This document shows positions 1 through 10,037 of a stretch of 43,108 nt of DNA, in pieces (position 1 is the first letter of the stretch; each line of letters starts with the position of its first letter). Position numbers and translations under genes: made by a program. The notes below the pieces were generated by a model that had not been told where the DNA came from, did not search any database, and saw nothing but the letters and a program-made list of their open reading frames with translations. This DNA comes from Paraglomus brasilianum (taxonomy: Eukaryota): NCBI GenBank assembly GCA_910592345.1, contig CAJVPI010000199.1, forward strand, positions 1-43,108, given 5' to 3'.

Positions 1-560
1 TAGGCATGATTTGGTGAGTTTGTTTGTAATTGAGATTTCTTAATAAACTCATCGAGTTGCTTATTGTTGCTAGTCCACCCATTGGATAATTGTTTATGAC
101 CACAAACGCACCACACAGAACTACACCGGAGTACTCCACATGCGGAGCAGAATCCATATCGAGAGTAACAATCGTAAAAACGTCTATCAGCAACCATGTA
201 ATAGTTGTTATCGTATTTGGTGAACCCTTTTATCATGCTGTTGCGATAATAAAGCCATTTGGAGTACCTTCTAAAGTTGTCGTTATTATTGTATTTGTGT
301 GTTGGAAGTGAGTATATTCTAGCAAACTCACTCACAAATGTTGTTGTACATTCATCGCTATTCCCAAGGCGTAGAAGCATTATCATCATCTCATCATTAT
401 CAAAAACAGCGTAATAAATAGAGTTAATTGGACTTGACTCGATGACGGTAATTTGCGAGCAAGGAATCCATTTAAGTAAGGCTAATTGAATGAGGTCGTC
501 AATTGTCGTATCAGTCTCTAAAACTAACATTGTTCTGAAGTAAAAAGATTTTCGAAACAT
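1..560 (-). CDS. First exon (runs off the window edge) of a TKL-type protein kinase paralog of the 17701-20396 gene
   Basis: Manual minus-strand translation from ATG at 560 (or 530) is open to base 1: ...LLKWIPCSQI...MLLRLGNSDECTTTFVSEFARIYSLPTHKYNNNDNFRRYSKWLYYRNSMIKGFTKYDNNYYMVA...FCSACGVLRCSSVWCVCGHKQLSNGWTSNNKQLDEFIKKSQLQT. This is collinear with ORF 19554..20396. It is absent from the ORF track because it has no stop in the window. Confidence 0.85.
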   Translation of the reverse strand, partial: MFRKSFYFRTMLVLETDTTIDDLIQLALLKWIPCSQITVIESSPINSIYYAVFDNDEMMIMLLRLGNSDECTTTFVSEFARIYSLPTHKYNNNDNFRRYSKWLYYRNSMIKGFTKYDNNYYMVADRRFYDCYSRYGFCSACGVLRCSSVWCVCGHKQLSNGWTSNNKQLDEFIKKSQLQTNSPNHA

Positions 561-805
561 TCCCTACTACGCTTTGGTGTTACACGATTTCTGTATAACT
601 AACATCGTACAGATTTTATTTAGGGTTTTATTCTTAATATTAATTAATATATCCAGGATTAGTGTCGCCACCCTTCAACTATCAACTCAATCATCAACTT
701 ATCCAAGCTGAAAATCAACGCTACGTTCAAGCAATAGAACAAAAAAACCCACTGACCTAGCATCATCTAAACTGAATTTGCCTCTTCTACTATTTATACC
801 ACACA

Positions 806-850
806 TCTAATAATAAAAGGGAGCGCAGCCCCCCAAATACAAATTTCTAG
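806..850 (+). mobile_element. Possible minimal non-autonomous Helitron, or a Helitron 3' end
   Basis: Reads A|TCTAATAATAAAA-GGGAGC-GCA-GCCCCC...AAATACAAATTT-CTAG|T: 5' TC, an imperfect GC-rich hairpin about 12 nt before a terminal CTAG, and flanking A and T. Confidence 0.45.
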
Positions 851-1217
851 TTAAATAATAATTTCGATTAAAAACAAAACAAAAAAAAAACAGGCTATAT
901 AACTCGTAATATACTGTGTTAGCATTCGTTTAGCCTCTATAAAATTGTTCGCGATATTAATACCAGAAAGCACTTAATATAGGACTTAAACGAGGCTCCC
1001 GTAGGTATATATTACAAACAGAGTGAATCTATGCATCAATCGATAAAGTCGCAATACTAATGAGTTTACAAAAGCGTACGGATACTTTTCTACCTGGTAC
1101 TTATTGAAATATTTTGAACGTTTAACATAATTTGCTTTCAGTTCTGTGAACAAATTTCACGAATAAAGACGTCTATCATAGTCATATTCAATACCAGCAT
1201 ATTAATATATAACGTGT

Positions 1218-1963
1218 TCAAGGGCTTAATCGGTAGACAATCCATCGGTTAAAGTAACACTTATAAGGAAGATTAAATAAAGTTAGCATTCTTACAACAT
1301 TTATTTGGTCATATCCTTTTAGTCCTCTAGCAACAATCCATGCGCATTCAATCAGAGTCTCGATCAAATTTCTTCTTTCTTCCAACCCCTCTCCCTCCAC
1401 GTCTTCACTTTCCTTCCAGCACCTTCTCGAGCCTATCTATCCCAATACACTCTCTTAACCTTTGAACCAAACATTCCTCTACACAATGAATTTTACTTTA
1501 ACGAAGACATTCGTTCCACGGCTTTGCTTCGATTAAGTGAACTGTCTTTAATATGAAATATATGAATCCGTTCTGGAAAAAACTTTGTTATAAGCGATCT
1601 TCGTTAAAGTGAATTTCACCGTGTATTTCAAACTTTTCTCTTCAAACCATTTGAATCCCCTACAACCTCAACTATCCGTGAGAGCCCAATACAGTTTAGG
1701 CGCAACGAAAGAGCTTTCGGATAACGCTTTCAATCCTCGTCTTTCCAATTCCTTCACCTAGTTAACAGGAAATTGTCAAACACTCTACAACTCTCAGATG
1801 AGTCGTTGACATCATTGTAATTATTTTCTGATGATGGATGCAAACACTCTGGGGCCGTGTCTAGGACTTTATACGCATGGCTTATCGATTTGTTAACCAG
1901 AAAAAATATTGCACTAATCATATTGTTCTCCTTTACGGAAACAACTACGAACCCTGATGTCAT
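1218..1963 (-). pseudogene. Decayed coding relic of unknown family, interrupted by a MITE
   Basis: Removing the 1482-1623 insert joins ...KFEIEECLVQRLRECIGIDRLEKVLEGK. Flanking ORF pieces (1218..1400, 1754..1963) are separated by stops and frameshifts. Confidence 0.35.
1482..1623. mobile_element. Tc1/mariner-pogo-type MITE (142 bp)
   Basis: Left end CACAATGAATTTTACTTTAACGAAGA versus reverse complement of right end CACGGTGAAATTCACTTTAACGAAGA (26-bp imperfect TIR); TA at 1480-81 and 1624-25 as target-site duplication. Confidence 0.85.
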
Positions 1964-2531
1964 GATGCGTCACACTAACCAGTATAGCTTTCTATCGGTT
2001 GACAGTAATCTTTCTCACACTCCTGATTTCTGACCAATACTATGATCTTGTGATCGCAACGTGACATTTCCACTGACATGGACAAAGGATGGAGATTGGC
2101 GGTACGTTTGTTGACGGCATCATATCTTTTCTCGAACAGCAACCGGATAAGGATTTTATTGTTGATAATTCTTTCGTCCGAGGTTTAGGCGAATTGAAGA
2201 AAGAAATTTGTTTTCAAGAGGATTGCTTCGAGAAAACAGAGTGTTTTGGATATGTTTGTTCACAAGCATTAAGTATCGCATGATTAATCAATATGAGAAG
2301 ACATTCAACAACTTACTGAGCATTGAACCAAATAATAAGTACAGTCGTTTAGTTAGTGCTACGTCTTTCTTGTCGTTTTTTGTTTCCTTTTGTTTTTTTC
2401 TTTTTCTTTGGGAAGTTGATTCGGCGATGATTGAATAAGACATTGAAACCTTAACCGAATCAAAGAATTACACATGCTACAGTACTAGATTCAATAACTT
2501 GAAATAGCGTGAATTATTTATTATTATACTG

Positions 2532-3400
2532 TTATCCCTTAGTCCGTAGGCCAAATTTCGACGGATTTTACCCTTTAATTTTGTTATGCATTTTTAAGGA
2601 CGTTATTGTTATGCTATCCGCACTTTAACCATTAATGAAAAAGATTTGCCTTATTTTGCGCTTTCAAACAAGCTAAAATTGTAGCAAAACTAGTATATAC
2701 GAAGAATATTACATCTTTAGAAAACATTTTACAAATTTTACCCTATTGAGACTATGTCAGACTCCCCCTATTATTAGACGTTATTTTTGTTTCATGTTAT
2801 TCCAAACCTAATGAGCTAAAGATCTCAACAAACCGATGAGTTGTTGAAGAGTAATGAATTTTTAAAGACAGGGCACTCGATTTGGTATTATTTCCGGACA
2901 TTACTTTTAAGACATTTTTACTATGTTATTATCAATTAGTTTATTAAGATAAAAATTTTATCTAATTCTTGCAGTTTCAATAAACTATATTTTACAACAA
3001 AAGAATGCATCTGTGACAAGTAATGTATATGTAAATTAAAATTGCTTTACACTAAGATAACAATTAAGATTAGGCATGTTTTTACAGATTATCTATTAGT
3101 ATTACCAATAGTAGACAATTGACAATACTAGAGGTCAGTACTTTCGTGACTTATATTGACAACAACACTGAGCGGTTGAATAATCGTATGATTTAGGGTT
3201 AATGATTGGCAAATGATGCCGAATTAGCTCTATAGAACGGCCCATGTAATTAAGAGTCACGTGATTTTGTTCAATGCTAGCTACGGATATGAGGTTCTAA
3301 AAAACTATATGTGTTGGGGTATATATTCAGTAATAGAGGCGAGATAAAGCGATTTTGTCAGTGAATCAAAATTCCGTACGGAAAACAGTCTAAGGGATAA
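2532..3400. mobile_element. Candidate non-autonomous TIR DNA element
   Basis: TTATCCCTTAG at 2532-2542 and CTAAGGGATAA at 3390-3400 are perfect inverted copies, with weak further similarity (CCGTA/CGGA...TTTT) and an AT-rich non-coding interior. The superfamily is not resolvable. Confidence 0.35.
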
Positions 3401-3425
3401 GATTTACCCCATAGTTATATATGAA

Positions 3426-3459
3426 CTTCACTATATTGAAAATTTTCAATATAGTGAAG
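3426..3459. repeat. Perfect 34-bp palindrome
   Basis: CTTCACTATATTGAAAA|TTTTCAATATAGTGAAG. Confidence 0.9.
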
Positions 3460-3879
3460 AAAAATCCCCATCCCGTTGACTTTATTATTCGAGATTGCAT
3501 AATAATAATGACGATGATCAGTTTTCTTATAAATTGGTGAGAAACTTGACAAGTTAACATCAAAATTTTTACGAAATTGCGTAGAAGACGTGTGAATAAA
3601 GCCTATAATCGCAAGAATCTATTTCCTGCAAATCGTTCTCGATTATGAACCAATGTCTGGAGCGCAAAAGTTATTCGGAGAATTCATAGCCTGAACTAAT
3701 GCGCTTTGCATCAATTATTCTATATTGCTAGAGAATTACCATATAATTTATTGTTTAGTTAGACAATTGTATCAGTGATACAGACATTACGCTTTTCTTG
3801 CGCTATACTGTATAATATCGTAACAAAATGCTTTTAGGTTTCGGGTTTATCTGAAAATTGATGGCTTTCTATTCAATAT

Positions 3880-4740
3880 TTCATCACAATTAAATATATC
3901 TTCGGGTTTCCAATTCTTCAACAAGTCATGTAATTTCAATCACCATCATCAAAGAGGATGGAAATTATATAAGGTCGTTCGCATTCGATTTCTTCCTGGG
4001 AAGGTGCACTGAGACTTCCATGTTTTGTTTTTTGAGATATACCTACTCGCTCCTTCAAACCCGATAGCCACCCTTCAGATCCTTTAAAGTCAACAATATT
4101 CAAATTTCGAGCAAGTTGGTTAGCTTTGTTGAGAATCGCAGAGCCATCGATATCCTGATTTGCTAAAAGGAGCTTTTCAAGCCACATAGTCATCGCTTGT
4201 TCAAGTGCAGGCCATTTTGGTTGTCGATTCTTGCGAAGTTGAGCAGCATGATCGTCCTCATTTATTGCAAGCCACTTTCCGCTTTCACGGATAACATCAC
4301 CAACGGTGCTAGTATAAGTACCGCAACCAAACAATTCAGCGATTTCTGCATTAGCAAAAGAAGGATTTTTTAGTTTAATTTGACAATTTTCTTTTTTCTG
4401 TAACCCTGTTAATGAAGTTCTAATGCGTTTAGGTGTTTCTATGTCTGTATTAAAATTTTTGGCAGAGATTCTCTTGCGTGGCATGGTAATAATTAAAAGG
4501 TTGGCTGAATTATGGCTGCATTTATTAGTAATATACAAATAATCACTTGACTTCGCCGGTATAAAGTAAATCTTTTTATATAATTTAAAGTAAACTAGTC
4601 TACATGGTTTTGTGTAACTTGTGCCGGAGCTGGTATAAACAGATCCGCCGTTATAAGGGGTGAGATTAATATGGAATTTTTTGGTTCAGCGAAATTGGAC
4701 CGGTATAAGGCAAAACCGGTATAAGCAAGAATCCTTGAAT
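3880..4740 (-). mobile_element. Truncated pogo/Tigger-like transposon (CENP-B HTH plus start of DDE_1)
   Basis: ORF 3936..4538 has psq-like HTH and CENP-B HTH motifs (KWPALEQAMTMWL...FKGSEGWLSGLKERVGI). After a ~35-bp insertion the frame resumes as LHDLLKNWKPEDIFNCDE (first catalytic D region) and then breaks off. Repeated CCGGTATAA subterminal motifs lie at ~4556, 4700 and 4716. Confidence 0.85.
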
Positions 4741-4790
4741 TCTGAAAGCTGGAGGGTATCATTCGTGATTTAACAAAGCAATACATTATC

Positions 4791-4832
4791 TTATTGCAGG
4801 GTGAAGAAAATTATTGCAGGGTGAAGAAAATT
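4791..4832. repeat. 20-bp tandem duplication
   Basis: TTATTGCAGGGTGAAGAAAA x2. Confidence 0.9.
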
Positions 4833-5405
4833 GTAATGCCATATGGCCCCGAGGGCAAATGGGCGAATCCACCATCCAGTCGTCCGATTCTTATAACCAC
4901 TGTGTGGGATGCAGTAGCCCTGCTTTGGACGTACAGTATAAGTCGGCCTCCAAAAGTGAAAACAATTACAAAGTAAAGCCTCCAAGAAAGAAATTCGAAA
5001 ACCAAGATGCACATCTGGTGAACATGTTATCGATACTTGCGGTCAAGATAACGGACATTCGTCAGCTCGACCAGCCACGATAAATCTAACATTTTCCACT
5101 CGGAAGAACAACATAAAGAATTACCTTTTCGGAGCATCAATTCGTGGCATGCAGGGAGAGACGAAAGTAGAGAAAGGACAGATATTCGAAATGAACAAGG
5201 GGGCAGCAGGGAGGAGAGTAAAAACGATGAAATCGATGTTTTCCAATGTCCAAACCGAGGTAAAAATGAAGGGTTGCAAGAATTCCTGGGGCCATTGCTC
5301 AGAGTCGGTACCATGGTGGGCTCTTCATGGGAAGAAAACTACCCGAAATCGCCGTGCTACTTTGTACTCCCGGACAGTAGACCTAAATGGATATACAATT
5401 GCTCC

Positions 5406-5918
5406 ATGCCTTCAGTGTCAAACCGTAATAGATTCGACTCATCTGGCAATAATCCGTCCGTGGTAGTCGAAATGATCGCGAATGAGTCAGACCGTTGCCG
5501 TATTGCAACCTCTCTTGATATACAGATACAAAACTGTGATCTTCGAAAGGATCATATCGCACATTATGTAAAGGAAATTGCACTATGCGGGTTTAACCAT
5601 ATAATTGTTATTGGGATTATTGGGACATGTGACTGTGGTCTACTTTTTCTAGATTGTGTGTTTAGATGGGACTCTATGAATGGCCTATTACTGTTTTTCG
5701 GGAAAATTTTCAAAGCAGTATCAGAGAAGTCTTGTGAAGAAGCAGTATGGATGGTATCAGGAGACGGGAATTTGATGGTATGTACATTACATGTATTTTG
5801 GTTTGTTCTTTATCTTAATATAGCTAATTTCTTTTTTCTAGAATCGGAAGAATGCAATTCTCGCCTTGTAAAAGATAAGAAAGAAGGCAAGAAAAAGAAT
5901 CAAAAAAAGCGTCGTTGA
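5406..5918 (+). CDS. Hypothetical protein, possibly degenerate, with one probable intron (5778-5841)
   Basis: Long ORF with IGIIGTCDCGLLFLDCVFRWDSM; GTATGT...CTAAT...TAG intron signals; start and 3' end are uncertain. Confidence 0.45.
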   Translation: MPSVSNRNRFDSSGNNPSVVVEMIANESDRCRIATSLDIQIQNCDLRKDHIAHYVKEIALCGFNHIIVIGIIGTCDCGLLFLDCVFRWDSMNGLLLFFGKIFKAVSEKSCEEAVWMVSGDGNLMVCTLHVFWFVLYLNIANFFFLESEECNSRLVKDKKEGKKKNQKKRR

Positions 5919-6130
5919 TATGGACATATTCCGATCTTTGAATTTCGATTTATGGAATTATGTTTATAATAATCGAACATCAAATATATTGGTTTTAACA
6001 TGAATGTGTAATTGCATCGAAAAAATAAAATACTTCTGTATGATACTCGAGACGTTTTTTAAGATTCCGTCCAAAATTATAATAGGCTATAATAACCGCA
6101 TGAACGGCGTTAATTACTTGATTATACAGG

Positions 6131-7648
6131 TTGAGAAAGTCAACTGCATTGGAGTCATTGTCAGTTGTAGGTACTGACATCGATTCTGTAACAAATTTGT
6201 TTTTTGCCGTTCAGATATATTGGATCGAACTTTGGTCATACGAATGGGAAGAAGACAAAAAGCCAGAAACAATGACCGCTTCATGTGAAGATCGAAATAA
6301 TGCAATAAAAGCAGTAGAAAATCAATTCCCTTTTCTGTGTTACCGAAATTCCAGTAATGGGTTTGACACTTTTGATAGAACCCTGTCTACGATTTGCCAA
6401 ATTTGCGAAAAAGAACATACAAGAGATGGTATGTATGGTCGATGGCATGGATCATGTTATTTCCTTTACTGCTATAGGCAAAAGAGGGGTGAGTCTGGTA
6501 TCGAAATAACCAGAGCAGATCATAATAAGAAAAAGGTCATCCCACGCTTGGAGAAATTAAGGTCTCGCCTTCAGCATTCATCACAATCTCTTTCTCAGCG
6601 GTACCGCCAAAACAACTTTACTGCAGTCGGAAAAAACGTAGAAATATACAATGCTGAAGTAATGCGTAGTTATAATTTGCAAGCTAAACTTCTTAGTAGG
6701 AGACGGCACTTGATGCTTGTTAAAGGACATTGCAAATCAAATAGAACCGCCGAAGAAATAAGAGAGCTTTATCGTCCTGATAGATCTTCTGTCTCCACTC
6801 TTATTATTTCAGGCCGACGCTCTCTTGCACATGGTCAAAAAACCCTTTTCGACGGATTTAAGTCTTATCTCGATCTAGATATACGGAAACTCAACCCCAA
6901 GGATACTCCACAACTTATCATCAGTCCCGAAAGCATTCATAAACTCGGAACGACCGGCTATGATGTGATTATACTAATGAATTTGAAACAATTACCCAGA
7001 ATTTTAGCGGACCCACTATGAAAAAACCTAAGTTAAGTCATGACGTGTATAAATCATTACTTCAATCCGCTTCACTAATATTGGCTTTAGATGCTACGTT
7101 AGATTCGGATTCGGCTGTGCATTTACAGAATCTTTCGAAAATTGATGCTGATAATTCAACGGTTATATGGAACCAGCATATGAGATACTCGCAAAGCTCT
7201 TATACATATAAATAACAAAAAATGGAACGCTGAATTAGTTGGAGCTCTCAGGCAGGGATTAAAAGTCTACATTCCAATGTTTGCCAGTGCAGAAATGGCA
7301 GAAGCTCTTCATAAAGAATTGGCATCCCATGGGTATCGAGGTAAATGTTTTTCCAAACGCCTATCAGAAACAGAGAAAAAGGAAATATTTGCTGATGTCA
7401 ACGATGCAGTGGCAAATCTCGATTATTTAATAGCAACTCCAGTCATGACTTGCGGTGTAAGTATAACAATAGAAAACTTCGATATGACTTTTGCTCATTT
7501 CCGTACATTGGCTGGTTTGACGTACAATGAAGCATATCAGATGTTGCATCGCGTTCGAAGGTTGAATTGCAATGTAGTACATGTTCTAACGGATTTACGT
7601 GGCGATAATTTGCCGACAGACCGTGAAGTTTTATCGGCTATAAAATAA
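6131..7648 (+). pseudogene. Frameshifted replication origin-binding protein (UL9/NCLDV-like SF2 helicase) with upstream Zn-finger
   Basis: Zn-finger-like CQICEKEH...YCYR; eroded Walker A (VKGHCKSNRT); motif Ia LIISGRRSLA; LIISPESIHKL; Walker B YDVIIL(D)EFE restored by one base at ~6977; motif III LALDATL; second frameshift at ~7212; motif V LIATPVMTCGVSI; motif VI QMLHRVR; premature stop at 7648. Confidence 0.85.
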
Positions 7649-7976
7649 ATTATTGGAAAAAAGAGCGCGAGAGTATGAACGAAGTTGATTTCATAAAATA
7701 TAAGCGGGAATATGAAGCCCGTCTTGGTGTTCCTACTACTACACCATACAAAAAAGAGTTAAATAAAGTTTATTCAGTATCTATTGAATATGTATAATTG
7801 TAGCATTTTTGACGTTGCGTTTAAGGACGGTTATCAGATTATAACTATACAAATATTTTTTAATTCAAAAGTAATTATGAGTCTTTAGACTCACCTTCGG
7901 GCCTGGACGTGTGGCTTGCCGTCCTGTCACGTAATTTTTATCTCTCGGAGAGAGTGCACTCCGTGCATTGATATTT

Positions 7977-8097
7977 AAAAAGTGGTTAAATTCAGTTAAA
8001 ACATGCAAGCTTGCTGTCCCAAAAAATTTTTTAATTTCATGTCCAAAAAGTGATTAAATCCAGCTAAAACTGCTAAAAACGTGCAGCTTGCTGTCCC
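7977..8097. repeat. Imperfect direct repeat, likely subterminal transposon sequence
   Basis: AAAAGTG(G/A)TTAAAT(T/C)CAG(T/C)TAAAAC...GCTTGCTGTCCC occurs twice. Confidence 0.6.
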
Positions 8098-8580
8098 ATC
8101 CACATTAAGAATTTTATATTTATTTTTTTTATACTATTATACTATCTTGATTAGATATTTTCCCTTTCATAACATAAAACGGGAAACAGATATATTTATT
8201 ATAATAGCAATTACAACAAAAATTGAATTAAGTTTTAGCTTATATGTATGCGAATAAACCTCGCATAGTAAACTTAACTATTTGTTTCACTTAACAGCTG
8301 GATTGGTTATGATAGACGCGCCCAACTTTTGATACCCGGATACATAATCCACAGTAATGTAAAATGGGGCCACTAAAAATAATTTATAATATCTGGAACA
8401 ACGACTATAAAATTAATTACTTGCTAAATTGTTTGTTCCGGAAAGGCGGGTATAATTTGATATTAATGTTGCGTAAAAAACCATTATGTTCCTGGGGTTT
8501 TCCTCGGTCAGTTTTAGTTTATTATTTGGGTACAACTTCCCTGAAAATTGACGCTTTGCGCACGGCAAAGCTGTGATAAT

Positions 8581-8721
8581 GACATAATCACAATTAATGT
8601 TTCAGGACAAGAATTTCTCGTTTCTAGAACTATTATAAAAAGATACCCAAAAATTAAGTTAGCTAAAAAACTAACAAACTTCGAATGTATGAACAAGCTC
8701 AGCAGAAAAAGAGAATGGTAG
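8581..8721 (+). pseudogene. BTB/POZ (T1/KCTD-type) domain N-terminal fragment
   Basis: Translates as DIITINVSGQEFLVSRTIIKRYPKIKLA, matching the start of BTB_2 domains, then stops; no start codon. Confidence 0.6.
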
Positions 8722-8794
8722 TATATTCTAAATTTATGAACAAGATACATAAACTATTTATTTGATTACGTATTACAGAAAAATCTTAGACACA

Positions 8795-9190
8795 AACGCG
8801 ATCTTGTCATACTTGAACAATGACGTAAATGCAAACTCGTCGTCACTTGAGAGACGAAGCTTCAAAGCTTCCGCTTCTTAATAACTTTTTTTTTCCAGTT
8901 ATCTCTACCGGCCAAGTCCGCAAGCCAACTTCAGCATGACAATGCAAATGCAAACTTATCATCGTAGCGGCCAACTTTTCCAACTAACACCCTCAGCTGA
9001 CCCCCTCGATGGTTATACAGGCAAATGACGATGCAAACACATCGTCACTTCATAACTGTTTACTTCTTCAGCTAACACCTCGCGATGGTTACACGATCTT
9101 GTCATCACTCGAATGACGATGCAAATGCAAACTCATCATCACTATTACTATGTAGTGGCTGACTTTTCCAACTAACACGTCGTCACTATG
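8795..9190. repeat. Degenerate tandem repeat region
   Basis: Four copies of ATGAC(G/A)..(AAT)GCAAAC..(A/G)TC(G/A)TCACT-like units, with recurring CTAACAC and CGATGGTTA motifs. Confidence 0.65.
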
Positions 9191-9429
9191 AGTGGGAATA
9201 ACCTGTGGTCACGTGACAAAGTGGGCATAGTCTAACTGAACCTAGACTAAGTGGTCATATAATTATATTATGACCACTGCATGACAATTCAAAAGCCAAA
9301 TTATTAGCCCACCTGCTCCTATTTATATTGTACTAATTTGAGCAGGGAGCAGCATATACAATCTAGTCCTTTACTACATACATTATACATGGGATTTTTG
9401 TCCATCTAACTTTATTTCCTAAATCACTC

Positions 9430-9590
9430 CTTGCAGTCTTCCTGTGTGAGGTAAATCTTCACTGTTTTCTTTCCTTCTCTAACATGTTTTAACCACTGTC
9501 TAATTGTACTGTACATTCAGATGGGGTTTTGTTTCCATAAGAATTTGCTAACTCGTTGTGGATTTCTGACACAGTTTTATTTAAAACTGA
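9430..9590 (-). mobile_element. mariner-type transposase N-terminal HTH relic
   Basis: Across two frameshifts reads NKTVSEIHNELANSYGNKTPSE / STIRQWLKHVREG / ENSEDLPHTGR, matching the Mos1/Himar HTH and the following (E)DLPRSGRP motif. Confidence 0.7.
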
Positions 9591-10037
9591 CAAAATCAAA
9601 GATTGATAGTAATAGATAAACTTCATGAGAGAAATATACCAGTGCTTTTTAGTACCTTCTTTTAAGTAAGACCAATAATCATTCCATGCTCAAAATTGAG
9701 TCTTTGTTATTTTCACTGAATATAAAAAGTTGGAGTCAAAAATAAAGATGTTGTCTTAGGATAAAAAGACTAGAATTCTTAATATTAAGTTACATTTGAA
9801 ATAATGCGACTTGGCAAAATTTTATTTGATCATTGTTGTGTGACCAATAAATCCATATCCATAGAGACAATAAAAGAGAAGAAACAATCAATTAACAAGA
9901 GTTCTATACTCATTGTATAGTTCCGTATCTCTTTAACGTTCTCCATTTACGATATTCGAAATCGAATCGTATGCTTTCATCATCGGTTTAATATAGAAAT
10001 ATCGTATAACAGCAATTTGAAGTAACAGACACCTTCT

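Noticed and set aside
90..311. 73-aa plus-strand ORF
   Set aside because: Antisense shadow of the minus-strand kinase exon.
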